Source of the DNA: Lama guanicoe | Taxonomy: Eukaryota | Reading direction: 5' to 3' | DNA: 64,000 nucleotides | NCBI GenBank assembly: GCA_013239625.1 | Contig: MU054187.1 | Location: 14,852,974 to 14,916,973, forward strand | In this document: positions 38,443 through 52,328 of the stretch, piece by piece | How the letters are laid out: each line of letters begins with the position of its first letter | Numbering within the stretch: position 1 is the stretch's first letter | Program-made: the position numbers and the translations under genes | Notes under the pieces: generated by a model | Databases searched by the model: none | What the model was told of the DNA's origin: nothing | What the model saw: only the letters and a program-made list of their open reading frames with translations

Positions 38443-39595
38443 CTGAATGGGAGAAATTATTTGCTGATCATGTATCTGATAATGGTATCCAGAATATATA
38501 AAGAACTCTTACAACTCAATAAGAACAACAAAAATAAGAAAAAATGGGAAAAGGACTTGAATAGACAGTTCTGCAAAGAAGATATACAAATGGCCAATAA
38601 GCACATGAAAAAGTGTTCAACATCACTCATCGTAAGGGAAATACAAATCAAAATCACAATGAGATCAGCCGCCCCTTTCTCCCCCTCTTCAGAGACGGCC
38701 TGCACTCTGTCTATGGAGTGTGTACCTACTTTTAATCTGAGCACCCAACCCCCACACTTACGTGGCCTTTGTCTTGCTTTTCAATGTATCTCTCTGAATA
38801 AATCTACCTTCACTCAAAAAAAAAAAATCACAATGAGATGCTACCTCACACTCATTAGGATGGCTACTATTAAACAAAACAAAACAAAACAAAACCCAGA
38901 AAAGCACAAGCATTGACAAGGATGTGGAAAAATTACAAACCTTGTGCACTGTTGGTGGGAATGCAAAATGGTGCAGCTGCTGTAGAAAACAGTATGGTCG
39001 TTCCCTCCAAAATTAAAAACAGAATTACCACATGATCCACCAATTCAACTTTTGGGTATGTAACCAAAAAATTGAAACAGAGTCTCAAGAGATATCTGTA
39101 CACCCATGTTCACAGCAGCATCATTCACAACAGCCAGAAGGTAGAAACAACCCAAGTGTCCATCAATGAATGAATGGATAAAGAAAATGTGGCACATACA
39201 TACGTGGAATATTATTCAACCCTAACAAGGGAGGAAATTCTGACACATGCTACATCATGGATGAACTTTGAGGACCTTATGCCAAGTGAAACAAGCCTGT
39301 CACAGAAGGACAAGTTTCCTATAACTCCATTCATAGGAGGGTCCTATAGAACAGTCACATTCATAGAGTCAGAAAGCAGAGGGGTGGTTACCAGTGGCTG
39401 GGAGGAGGGAGAATGGGGAGCTGTTATTCGATGGGTATAGAGTTTTAGTTCTGCAAGTTAAGAAAATTCTGGAGACTGGCCGCAGAGCAATGTGAATGCA
39501 CTTAACACTACTGGACTGTATGCTAAAGATGGTTAGGATGGTAAATTAATTAAACTTAATTAATTAATTAAACTCAATTAAACTTCTAAAAAAAA
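38443..39595 (+). mobile_element. 5'-truncated L1 (ORF2 end plus 3' UTR), interrupted by a nested insertion at 38666-38823
   Basis: IYKELLQLN...[37 protein letters not shown] is L1 ORF2 C-terminal sequence. It is followed by the cccaagtgtccatcaatgaatgaatggataaag region and an L1M 3' UTR. Confidence 0.93.
38666..38823 (+). mobile_element. Poly(A)-tailed, TSD-flanked short retrocopy of an ERV LTR R region, nested in L1
   Basis: Perfect 16-bp TSD AAAATCACAATGAGAT (38650-38665 and 38824-38839). Core GCACTCTGTCTATGGAGTGTGT at 38702-38723, AATAAA at 38797-38802, A-run from 38816. Confidence 0.9.
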
Positions 39596-40844
39596 ATCAC
39601 CCATGAACAAGTATTTCTAGAACATCTCATGTCCAGAGGAAGTGAGGAGGAAACCACAGGTCAGGCTCTGAGAGGAGAAGCTGCCTCACTAACCCCAGCC
39701 GGGGCAAGCCAAGTCTGAGGAGGGGAAAGGCGGTAAGAAAAGGACCAGCTGAGGGACACTTTAAGGGAGAAGTGTCAGGACTTTGAAACGCGAGGGCAGC
39801 TTCCAAATCTGTTCTGCCAGCCCTTAACCTGCAGCCCAGCACAGAGACTGTCCTTGACAGATACTAGCGGTGGGATAAGTACATAGGAAAGAAGGAGAGA
39901 AACATAAAAGATAACTGCAAGGTTTCCTACGTGGTATCCAGATGAATGACTTTTCTACAGAGGGAGACTGTACAGGTGGGAAGGGAGACGGTTTGAAAGT
40001 GATGACAAATTCAGTCTTAGGAAAGTAGGATTTTACACGACACGGGCATTTCCCGTTAGACTTATAGGGCTGCAGTGCAGGTAAGGGTCAAGGTCCACAT
40101 CAGGAACAGGGGCAACTTGATCACAGATGATGAGTTCACAGAAGGTGGATGAACCCATCAAGTACGTGAGTTGAAAAAGCAAAGAACTAAGGATGGAGAC
40201 AAAAACATCCCAGGGACCTGCAGAAGGAAGGAAGTAAAGTGAGAGGCAGGCGCATACAGGTGGAAGGTGAACTTGCAACAGAACTACTCAAAGTTCTTGT
40301 TCTTGGATGACTTCCACGTGCCTCTTAGGAGTCAAGTGGGTCGGATCTGAATGTATCGCTTCTCTGGGGCAGCTGTACTGATGGGCTGATTTTTGGTGAG
40401 TGAGAAGGAACAAGCTTAGTTAGCATCTGAGAAAGGGATGAGGGTGAGCGCTGAGGGGAGGCGGCTGAATTTGATAAGAATCAACAAGAAGGCCACTGTG
40501 GAAGCCAGACCGAAGGGGGTCGGTGAGGAGGGAGCACGGGAAGCAGAGGAAGCAGGTGTGGGCCGCGTGCTGGTGACTTGTGACCCAGAAAGGAAGGAGG
40601 AAGTTTGGACAGTAACCAGAGGGATCAGCTGCGCCAAGGGAAAAGATGTTTTACTTGTATCAGTGAGAGCTGATCCTGCTGGAAGGTGGGAAGAAAGATG
40701 CTCAGAGAACAGAAGAGAAGGAAGAAGCTTTGAGAAGGTGACACATTCTAGATAAAGCAAAATAAAGGAAACGGGAAAAAACCTGAGAACAGTGGTGGGC
40801 TGCTCCAATGTTTTCAATTTGAAGGCTCCTCAGCTTGAAAGAGA

Positions 40845-41025
40845 CAGGCAGTTCTGTGAGCTCTGGAACCAGACAGACCTGGGTTTAAACATCCTGGCTG
40901 TCACTTTAGCTTCAGTTTCCTTATATGTAAAATGGGGGTGACATTACCTTGTAGAGATGTTCTGGATCAGAACTGAATATGAAGTACTTAGTACTAATGT
41001 AAAGAGGGTATTTAGTTGATAAATG
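40845..41025 (+). mobile_element. MIR SINE
   Basis: ctctggaaccagacagacctgggttt...cttcagtttccttatatgtaaaatgggg. Confidence 0.75.
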
Positions 41026-44000
41026 GCCAATATTAGTCTTCTGCTGAGATTTAGGGCTGGCAGGGAAAATCTAGGCGCTTAAAGAGGTGAAGATTTGGAA
41101 TCAGCACTGTACAAAAGCTCTAAGGAATGGAAGAAAGGAAAACTGGAATTGCTGAACAGGACTGAACCGGGAGAAACTGATTTTAGGTCAGCATGATTCT
41201 GCATCTTCATCTGGCAGGGATCTCTTTTCTGGGAGAAGTAGAGAAGAAAGAAGGGGGCCTTGATGCAGGATAGAGACTCAGCCAAGAAGGATGGAGATGT
41301 ACCCATCACAGAGCTTTCGGGAGGGAGGGAGGGCACACAGCCAGTGGTGGGCATTGGACCGGATAAAATGCAAAAAGGTCAGGACCCAGGGAACAATGTG
41401 GAGGCAATCTGATAACTGTAAAGTCATATAAATGCAGATTATTATGACAGTTTCATATGCTTTTTAACTGGAATAAGGTGTTTGTCTTTCCTACAGCAAA
41501 TTTCATAGAAACTGCCTTATTCTGATTAAACGTGGCTTACTACTAAAGGGTATACTAAAAGATGTATCTTTAGTTCAGGTTACCAGCCAGATTATTTTAA
41601 AATGGATGCATATTCTATAAAATGAAACCACATCTAATCATGACTACATTTCTTTCTCGTGCTGTAATAGAAACATCTGGATGTATCCTAAAAACACTTT
41701 GCAACCTTCAGGATCTGGGAAGACCCTCTGGGTAGTCATGAGATCTGTCATGTCAATGCTGTTTTTATTTCCACACTAATGGGGTTATGCTGCTTGTCCT
41801 TTGCCAGTGGTCACTGTGGGTACAGATTCAAGTATGAGTAAGAGTTAGAGCAACTGAAGACAATCTAACGGTGGAGACACAAGTGGCAGCTAGCAGGGTC
41901 CAGCTGAATGACAAAGTGGCCCAGGGCCTGGGACACAGGCAGGCCTGCCTTCCACTGATGGCGGCAAGTGCCCACTGGATGTGCGCTCAGTGGGCTGAAG
42001 CAATTCCATTTCATAAACGCTCGGACATTAAAAAACGAAGCAAACATTATTCATGCCCTTAAAGTGGTGTAAACTATTCAGAACTCCTTCTTGAACTCAC
42101 AGTTGAAACACAGTCTCTTGGGTAGTAAAAGATCCATTTTGTGAATTTTTGTGTATTACCTAAAATGGCTCTCTACAAATCCCAAATCTAGTGATCCAGA
42201 CCCGCCACGACAGTGAACAATGAAGGCGTCCATTCCTCTACTGGGCGTTTGATCTAAACAGTACGAACGAGAACTTGCTGGGGACTGGCCCTACAAAACC
42301 ATTCTGTCTTGAGGTCTGTTACAGTCAGCGGAGCTTGTGGAGTCGGGGAGTTTTTAACAGGACTGCTTTGCAAGAAATGCCAGAACAGGAGGGAAACAGT
42401 CATTCTCCCAGCAGACCAGCTTCACTCACTCGCTTCACATTTCCTTGTAGGAACTGTAACTCAGTTACTTCCAATTACTTCACACCTGGTCCATGACAAG
42501 GAGTCATTCAAGAGTTCAATTAAGAAGTCCCTGACTATTTTTACTTTAAATCTTTAGTCTTTTGCTACAACAGCACAAAGGATTTTCTCTGATTTACGTT
42601 AACCTTCTGGTTTTGAGGAAGTAGCTCCTGAAAAGTTCTGCTTTACCAGACAGATTCAAAGCCACAATTAGAACTGGAAGGGCCTCTGAGAGACCACAGG
42701 GTCCGTCCTCTGTGGTCAAATAAGTAGTCTCCCTTCTGTAGGGATTTAAGACTCAGAGAGACCAATGAACGTATTCCAAGTCACACAGTGATTCAGTGGC
42801 ACAAACAGGCAGAGCCCAGGTCTCCTGAGCTTTAGGGCAAAGCTGGATGGCTGTGCTGTGGAAAGAGATTTCTGTACCACTGTCTTCTAGATTTTGTTTT
42901 AGCAAACATGCTGTTATTTATTTCATCTTCTAGTTATTTTTCTTTATTATTTTTCTAGTTAAACTTTTCTTTCTGCTATAAATATTCCTTCATACCCACG
43001 GTCCTATCCTCCTGTATTCATGCTTTCTCTTTGAGACTGTTGCCTTCCTTATTTTTCTATTCAATTATCTTTAATATTAATAACTTTCAATTTCCACTGA
43101 AAAAAATGCAAATTTTGAGCTGTCTTTCCCTATGTATTTTTTAAATCAGTTTTGGCTGACTTTCAAATGAAATCCAGCTTAGAAAACATCTCACTAAAGA
43201 CTATGGGAAAGATGTGATTTTTATCAAGGTTATTCTTTACTAGGAACATTTTAGGTGGTGTTAAAAATACTGCAGATTCATCTAGCTCATAGTTGCCTTC
43301 CCCAAATCACCAAATTAGTAATTAACGCCTCCAAGTTTAAAAGGAAATATCAGAAGATCATCCAGTTCTTCCTGAATTCTTAAAAAGTTTTTTTTTTCCT
43401 CATGAGGATCTTAAAAAATTTGTTGTGATTTTACCTGTTTTAAGCATTTGCTATGTTAAGCTTGAGAACAGAAATTTTTCATTCCAGTCCTCCCTGGATT
43501 CAACAGTAGCTTACCCAAGGACAGATGACTGGCTTTCTGTTTAGTACCTTTGAATAAAAGCAACACTTGGTACAGTCTGGGGTGGGGAGTGAGCAAAGGC
43601 AGTTTCAAGATGAATACACGTAGGCTGAGATGAAAATGTGTGCCTCTCCTTCATGAGAGATGAAATAAGTCAAAGACTCATGTTAAATTCTGGCTCAAAT
43701 AATAATACGTTTGTCTCCTCTCAGTCCTGACAGGTGGGCAGCGATCTGCTTCAGTACTGGTCCTTGTGGGACTCACAGTACTCGGGATGTTCTTGACCGG
43801 GAGCTGCTGCCAGCCTGGGTGACTACTCTAGACACATTTTGACGAGCTTTTAAGCTTTTTCTTCTTGGTGGGATTAACTGACTCGGGGCCTGGGATGCAC
43901 TGCTGTCGTGTGATGGGTGGACTCCCGCACCAGCCCCTGGGGAGCGCGGGGTCGGCCTTCCCGGACTCCATTCCTCAGTGACAGATGCACTGACCCAGAC

Positions 44001-47000
44001 GGAACTACCCTCACCCACCTGAGATTCAGACCGAGCCCAAGGAACGCCAAAAAGCATTCCAGCCACAGAGGGCGTGCCGCACATCCCAGGAACAAGGTGG
44101 AAATTTTTAGGTTGTGATGGGCACTCAGGAAGGGATTGCCTTTGAGATGCAAGAATTCAAAGTCTGCTGACCGTCACTGCGTCACCGGGCATCAGACTCA
44201 ACTCTGGAGATGTGGGAAGAGTTACCTGCCAAACCCCAAAGCCCACTGCCCCCTGGCTGAGAGCTGTCCGCTGTCGGCATAAAGGCCCGGGGCCTCACCT
44301 GGTGCTGGCTGGCCCCTCACAGCTGCTCTGCAGGCCTCCGGGTTGACCTCGCAGCCTGGGCTGTTCTTTCCGAGTTAGCCTGCCTGAACATGCTAAGTTT
44401 TAGACAGTGGGAGGAGTACTGGAAATAGTTCTTTCTTCCCTTTCAATAGAATCGTAATATCCACTGGAATGACAATAGGCTTGGTGACCAAAAGGACGTG
44501 CCCTCACCGTAAGGCTACTTGGAAAGAAGAATGTGAAAAATCCACTTACGCTTAGGGCAGAGAATCCTGGAGCCATGAGAGGCTCTGGCAGGTTCTGGTG
44601 GACACCTGAGAAATGTATGCATAATTCTGGACCCAAATAATGCTGCGGTGGACACACTGGAGTATGAAACTTCACACTCTTCCCCTGCTCTGCGTGCATG
44701 AGGTGGGGCACAGACAGCCCTCTCTCGTAAGCTTCATGGGGAGTCCCTGTGGGTGGACCAGCCACCCTGAAGTCGGCAGGGGCATCCAGGAAAGGAGAGG
44801 CCTGTGACAGCCAGTCATCGCATCCAGAACGAGCCCAGCCTGAAGAGGCCACCATTCCTCTGGGAGGACGTGGGGACTCCTGCAGATCGGGCTCCTCCCA
44901 AGGAGGAACTGGAACGCCCTGGAAGATGACATCTGTTCCTCAGCGTAAGGAGGAGACTTAAAAGCCTCTTTCCAAGCAAGACAAGGCACATCTCTGCTGT
45001 GAGGAGCGTTTACTAACATTACTCACATCCTGCTGTCTGTCCCTTGTCTTTCTACTGACACGTCTCCAGGATTCAGACCACTTGTGAGTTTGTTCTAAAA
45101 TAACCTCCCCTGGCCCGTCCCCTTTCATTGCTGTCCAAATCCTCACTTCATGATCAACTAATGTCTGCTACCTCCAACCAAACCTCAACGTGCCGAGTGA
45201 TTCACAAATATCTAGAAATGCTTTCAAATTGTTTACTACTTTGGGCAGGACACATAATCCTCCTTAATTCTAAATGCTATGCTCATTTTTCTTCCCCTAC
45301 TGACTATTATTTGTCTTGCCCACATCACCATTCTGCTCTGACCCCTCTGCAATTCTGGTGGTGAAAGTAAAGCTTCTTTCCCCTTGAATTTCTCTCTGGC
45401 AGAGGATCACTGTTGGCAAGAGTTAACTGTAAATACGGAACTTCTCTGCAACGTGCTTCTGAGATGTTGCAGGGACAGGTTCCCATGCTGGTCTGAGAGA
45501 GGCCTCTGTCATACCCTGAGCTCTGAAACACTGCAATTAAAGTCACCAGAAGTGACATATTTTAATACGATAAATAACGTCTTGCAATTTAATTGTTAAA
45601 ATATCTTTTTCGTGGTGCCGGCATAATTCTACAAAACAGCTGATTGACTCTGGGTCTCAGAGTCTGAAATTTAAACGCTATAAGATGATGAATCCCTCAC
45701 ATTGTATTAAAATTTTCTAAAGTAATATTAAATGTTTGTTTGTAGGTCTAATATAACAGTGAATTTGGAGGGAATACATAAATATATAATATCCACACAT
45801 TTTAGTATGTGTATATTATATGTGACTGAAATATTTATCCGCACCAACAAACGTTAACCACTGTTATGAGTGTCCAAAGATTTTTTTTTGTTGGTGTTCT
45901 AGTTTGGGGCAAATACGTACCTATACTTACTAGCCTAGAATAAAATGTTTTTTAGTTTTGTTGAATCCAAAGGAACATGACAGAATTACGAAAAACCAAA
46001 AATCAATCAAACAAAAAGATTTCAGGAATGAATAATTTAACTGAAATATTAGCTGAAACTCTTGCACTGATAATGATCACTGCTCTGGCAATTAGGTAAG
46101 TCAGGGCTGCTCGTATTTTAAATTATAATTTCATTATGGGCGGCACCAGGCTCAAATACGGCTTTATTACAGGGTTATTATGTAATTCAATTCACGGGTT
46201 AAAAATGTCTCCTGTGCCTGGAAAACCTAATGGCAATGCTATTGTCCTTCTGATGAGAAGTCACTGAAGTGGAACTCAGTGACTGGACTTTAATTTTAAA
46301 ATAATAATCGGGCACATCTGAAGTTGCCTTCTAAGCGGCTGTGCGTTTTAAACCAGTCTTCTCTTTCGCACTCTGGGCATTTACGTTGGCCTGAAATCTA
46401 AGTTATGAAGCAGGATCCCAGGGTGTCCTACCTGCCACTGCTATCTGAGCCGGGACAATCCATCTCAAAAGCCCGTTTTCCCATCCCTTAGCCATCTCTT
46501 GGCAGCGAGCCCCACTCCCCGCCATTTGCCACTTGTTCTGGGCTATTTTAATTCTGGACAAGCTGTGGTAGTAGGCTATATTTAAATTGGCCTGCCCTGT
46601 GAAGAAACACGGCAAATTCACGTGGCACCTTTTCCCTTTTCGACATAATCCAACTGTGCTTTGGCTCTGAACAAGCTGCCTGGGTTTCTGCATCACACAC
46701 ACTGGCTCAGCTCCCACTCCTGGCTCCCCAGGTGTTTGCCACCCAGAAGGTGGGTGGGGGTGGGCTTCTGGGAGGGATGAGCCAGGGCAGGGACCCAAGG
46801 AGCAGTCACCGAAAATTCTAATGGAGACACATGAACAATAATGAAAGGAAAAGGAAAGCCGCCTCTAGCTCCTGGCTGTGTGTGACTGGGATATTCACAG
46901 AATCTTTTCTCAAGGGCTGATCTGCAGATAGGAATTTTTGTAAAGCAGGATGCATCTCCTAAGAGAGCCTTACAAGAAACTGCATGCCCATAAAGGGCCA

Positions 47001-50000
47001 GCTCTCTCCAGTTTCTGAGCTTTGAGAAGAGGACATTCGCAGAAACACCCGGATCTAATCTGTCTTTCCCGACTGGCCCCACCCCCGTGCACCACCATCT
47101 GTTTACACACTCCTGTGCCAGATAGAACTACACGTGCTTGCTGGGGTCACGCTACTGCTTCAGAGAATAAGAACAGGCTGGAAATGCCCCCTAAAATCAC
47201 TCAAAACTAAATGGAATGTAAAGACCACCTTTCTGGAGAACTGCTGCTGAGGTCTTGTGAACGCTAACAGTTCAAAGCTAGCCGAAAGCCAGAATCTACT
47301 ATGAAGACTCTGAAGACAGTTGACTTTTAAGAAAATAATTGTACAAGTCCAGGACTTTAGCCTTGAGACCCTAATACACAAATGCTGATAAGGACGCGCT
47401 CGTTTTGCTGGCAGTGGAATTAAAACCCAGACCAGTTACATGATCCTCTTCGTCTAGCCGGTCTAGGGAGCTGAAGCACAGACACCAGGATTTCTGCCTA
47501 TTTACTTTTGAGATATTTACTTTGACTACGTGGGCCATTAGACTTTACCTGTGGTTGGCCAGGATTCTACTTGATTTTCTGGTGAATAAACCTGACCACC
47601 CAAGCAGGGAGCAAATAACAGACTGGGCTTTTGTTATCTGCAACGAGTAAGAAAACCATCTTAGAAAAGGTGTTCACCCACACGGACTCGTGAATTAATA
47701 TGAAACCATTTTAAAACGTCCCTAACAAAGGAGGGGCCGTAGCAGACTATTTGGTTACGTGTAGTCAGGGCTACAAGCTTTCAAGGTTATCTACACAGTA
47801 GTGAAACGGAGACGAAGAAAATGGATCAAAACAGAGATGCCAGTTTTTACTAGAAGGCACACAAGTGTTACTGAGTATCATTATTATGCTCTGACTATCG
47901 TGAAAACACAACTCAAAATAAATCCCATTTTATCCTTAGTGCTCTAAACTTTTGGAGAGCTAATTCCAAATTTCAATAGATAAAATGCCATTTTCTTTCC
48001 CAAACGCAATTCCCCCAGGCTCCCTGGTATTCTTTTAGGCAGGAAAATCACCTACGATCTTCTGTTTTTCTTTTCCTAAAATATTGTCCACACTCATTCT
48101 TAAAGACAACATGGCGATGAAAAAAATGTGAGGGACTTTTCCACCAAAACTACGCACAACCGTTTGGACTAAATCACGCATTTACAAGTCAAGAACCTGC
48201 CATGGAAATGCTGCCAATGGAGTATAATTTTGGCTACATCACAACAGATAACCAGAGCACAGCGTCCCTAAAGGAACTTCAAATCCTTTAATGCGACTGC
48301 TCTCACAGTCCTCAGGACTGTCCTCACATAGCAAGGAGATGAAGGGGCTCTTCTGCACCCCCTGCTCTGAGAACAGAGGGACAGAAGGGTCCTTATGAGA
48401 TGCATCTTCTTAGGTCAGAATCAAGGCAGGAGAGACCAATTCTGGCCTTAAAAAAATTTGATTATCAGCTGTTTTGAAGACCTATTTTTAATAACTTGCT
48501 GATTATTAGTTCAACATTATATTGTGTGCTTCTGTGTGATTATTACCAACTAAAACACACATATAAATCACCCACACTCCAAGATTACAAAAAACCCAAG
48601 GGCTTAAGTGTCATTATTTCTAGGAATGAGAGAGTAAAGAAGTGAAGGAAAACTATATCACATTTCTTAAGGAGCCTGGGAGAGGAACTAACATTAAACA
48701 GACAAGTAAAACCACAGGTGGTACAAGCTGGTGGTAAAGGGGCAGAGGCCCAACATCTGGGTTTTGGGGGATAAGGAGGGGTGACTGCATGGGACAGTCC
48801 GTCCTAGAGTTGACAGGCCCTGGGCATGCTTCACACAGCCTGAGCAACAGGCTGAAACACTGAGGCTGGGAAGGGGTGAGGGCAGGGAGGTGACCTGTGA
48901 ACTCTGCCCTCTGTGGCCTAGAGGTCAGCCCCTGCCTCTGGTCATTATATGGCTTGACAGGACAGCATACAAAGGAGAGGTGTAGGCTCCTTCTAGTCGA
49001 TTCAATGACTCAGTCTACAGAGCATCACCACTGGGCAATATAAACATCTGGGATATACTTACTTACTCAGTTAAGCCAGCAAGTACTGATGATGATGATG
49101 ATAATTGCTCTTAACATTTACTAAGTGATTTTTTACATGCCAGGTTCAACCTGCATGATCTGTTCCAAGAACATGACATGCAGTATCTCCATCATCCAGC
49201 CTGGGTCACCAGCTAGTGAGTGGTGGGAGCTGATGTGAACTGATAGCAAGAACTGCGCATGCACCCCCGCCCCCAGGTCCTTGCCAGGCTGTGGGCTGCT
49301 CCTCTGGCGGGCTTTCTGTTCATTCTCTCTGGGAATTCCTGGTGTTCCTCCTCATCTGCATTACTGAAAAATGAACGTTCTCTTCCAGATATGACTTACG
49401 TTAACCCATACACTTCTCTTTTGCATGAGTTGATTCTTGTATACAATAACGTTTTAGGGATAAACAATTCTTGGTTTAAATAAAAGTATAATCGACACTA
49501 TCAAGTCATGTGATTTTCAGCTGCCCTAGCTTTCCCCATGATTTTACTCCAAGATAATGGATTTTTTTTTTCTATCAGGTTGCAACATCTCCCTTAGACC
49601 TTGGTAAGACATGGAGGTGTTGCTAACTTTCACTGGGGTTTCGGTGACACACACCAAACCCTGTAAAGTGGGCGCTTCATGCCTGTGGTGGTGGTACAGG
49701 AAGCCCTCTGCCGGGCGGGCCCCCCTGAGGCCACCTTGCCACCCATCTTGGTCTCTGATGTCTCCAGCCATCTGGGGGCTCAGACTGTTCCCTCCCCACC
49801 ACTGCCCTCGACATGTCCTTAGGTGTCCCAGCATTTGTGACATTTGTTGGCTCTGAAAACCTGATACTTCAATCTACAACGTATTGTTACAACCACAGCA
49901 TAAACGTAATCCTTGGATTAGGCTGGCATAATGGAAACTGCCTGGTCTCCCTGGACGTGCTCTATAAACGTAGACACATTATTCAGGATTCACAGACTTC

Positions 50001-50094
50001 GAAAGTGCCAAACTAAAAATATCTCTGACATCACGCTGGAACACACTCAAAGTTGAGTTTCTGCTGTTTGTCTAATCCCTTCCTATAGCGGTTA

Positions 50095-50300
50095 CCAGCA
50101 TGAGTTCTAGAATCAGACCGCCTGGATGTGAACCAGCTCTCGCTACTCGCCAGCCTGTAACCCAGGGTAAGTTACCGAGCCTCGTGACACCTCGGTGTCT
50201 TCATATGTAAATCCAGACCAGCGGTGGATCCTGCCTTGCAGAGTTATTATGAGGGTTACAGGTGATACATGGAAAGCCCTAAGAGCAGATAATGCAGACA
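50095..50300 (+). mobile_element. MIR SINE
   Basis: ctagaatcagaccgcctgg...gggtaagttacc...cctcggtgtcttcatatgtaaa...gttattatgagggtta. Confidence 0.7.
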
Positions 50301-52328
50301 AAGCTGCACACAGAATACCCAGCATCACTACAGATAATATCTATCCATTTAATTAACTGAATAATTTAAAAATATATTGTTTCTAAATAAGCAATCTATT
50401 CAAATGGTTCAATAAAATATAAAAAAATAGCAAGGAACGTCTCCCTCTTCCCTTGTCTCTCACTCACCCTGGTACTAACCCAGCACAGCTAACCAGTGTT
50501 GCTGGTTTTTAAAAAGATTTTTTCCAGAATTTCTTTAAGGATATAACAGGAATGTAAGTTCCGGTTTTCTCCTCTTCTACACAAAAGGCAGCCATACGGA
50601 CACGATTTCTGTGCCTTCGTGAAAGGCAACCAGATAACAGTGACCAGACAAAGCACTGGGCATCATATTGTGCCAAACTCTTGCACCTCCTGACCTTCGT
50701 GGGAGATGACAGTTGAGTATCGCTACCCAGGTGACACAGGGGCAGCAGAGAGGTGCTGGGGGTTCCACTCAGAAGACCTGTATTTGTGTCCTGGTCCCAG
50801 CACTTGTAGGCTGTGCAACCCTGAGCAGCTTACTTCAAAGTCTTGGAGGCATGGAATTGGTGGTCGGCATGTTTGTTGGGGGAGCTGAAATGGGATGTGA
50901 AGGTTTGGAGACACACACATGGTGTGACGACCAATTAGAAGCTACCACAGCCCACGAGGCCTCTCCTTCTACTCCAGAAAAACCAGCAGGTGGACACGGA
51001 GAATACGGCATCTCTATTTCTGACCTGGTACCTGGCCTGCCAGAGGACGTTCCTTGTCTCGGTCACAAAGGCCAACTTTTCCTGGAGGAACACAGAGCTG
51101 GTATGGGGTGTGCTCTGGGCCATAGGTCTACCTGGTCCAACTTCCCGCACCTGGATCCGGCTTCTTTGAGAGCTGTTCTAAAATTATGTCAACAATATGT
51201 TTTTACCTGACCCTAGGCCTAAGGTCTGCAAATCGTTGAGAGGTAAACCAGGAAGGGCAGTGGAAGGTGATACGGAAGACTCCAGTGGTTCCCATGTCCT
51301 CAGTAGCAGCCAAACGCGCTCAGTCCTCTAGAAGCACGGTGACAGGCCTGTCCCTCTGTGCTCCCAACACGGGCTGCAGCCGGGCCAGTCCCTCCCCAGG
51401 GGTCTGGGCCCCGGTCGAGGAGAAGCCCTGCCCGGGGTTCCAGGGCTGTGGCTTCTACTGCTGATTCCTCACTGCTGGTACCCGAAGGCCTCCCACCTCC
51501 CAGGGGCAGTCTGGCTTCCTCATCCATACAATGGATTAGGAGGAGAATTCTGATCCACGCTTCTAACAAAACTGAGCATACCTACCCCCACTCCTATCAA
51601 ATCAGACCTCTCTCCACCTCCCCTGCTTTCTCCTGCCTCCTGTCCGTCCTAAAACCTGAGACCTCCAGGTCTGAAACGCTAACCTGAAGACCTTGGGAAA
51701 GTAACGGGTTCTAAAGTTCCCTTCAACTCGAACATTCAGTAACTGTGGTAGCGGCACTTCCACTGCAAGGGAAATCCACTTATTACGTGTAAGTAAAACC
51801 CAGGCCTCTCTTGATTAATTTTTAATTTTTTTAGAGTGATAATAGTCTTCCTACTGAACCTGATGAATTTTTTCCTTTGGTAAATAAAGTTAGAGGTATC
51901 AGGTTCAAGCAAGAGAGGTGAAAACACCTTCTAACTAAAACTTTCCTATAACTTGAATGATAACCCTGAGTAGTGGTCTGCACACAGCAATCCCTTCATC
52001 TGTGGGCAGTAAAAAATGAAGTTGTATGTCTTTTGCAACAACACAGATCAAAAAGTCTAGCAACAGACGTTCACACATGAGCTTATAAAAAGCCTGAACA
52101 CCCTCAAGGATTCACGGCTGATTATTTTTATAAGTGAATCTCTAACACAAGCCACAGTCTTCAAATGCCCTGTAATCTCCTAATTAGCCCTGGAGTTATT
52201 AATCATTATATCAACATACTTCACAAAATCTGGAAACTAAGAAAGACCTCAGAGATCATTTATTTCTAACTAATTTATGCAGATCAGGAAGCTCAGGCGG
52301 TTAAGGTTACACCACGCCCACACCTGCA

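Noticed and set aside
38461..38916. 151-aa chimeric ORF
   Set aside because: Decayed L1 ORF2 sequence reading by chance through the nested insertion; no evidence of a gene.
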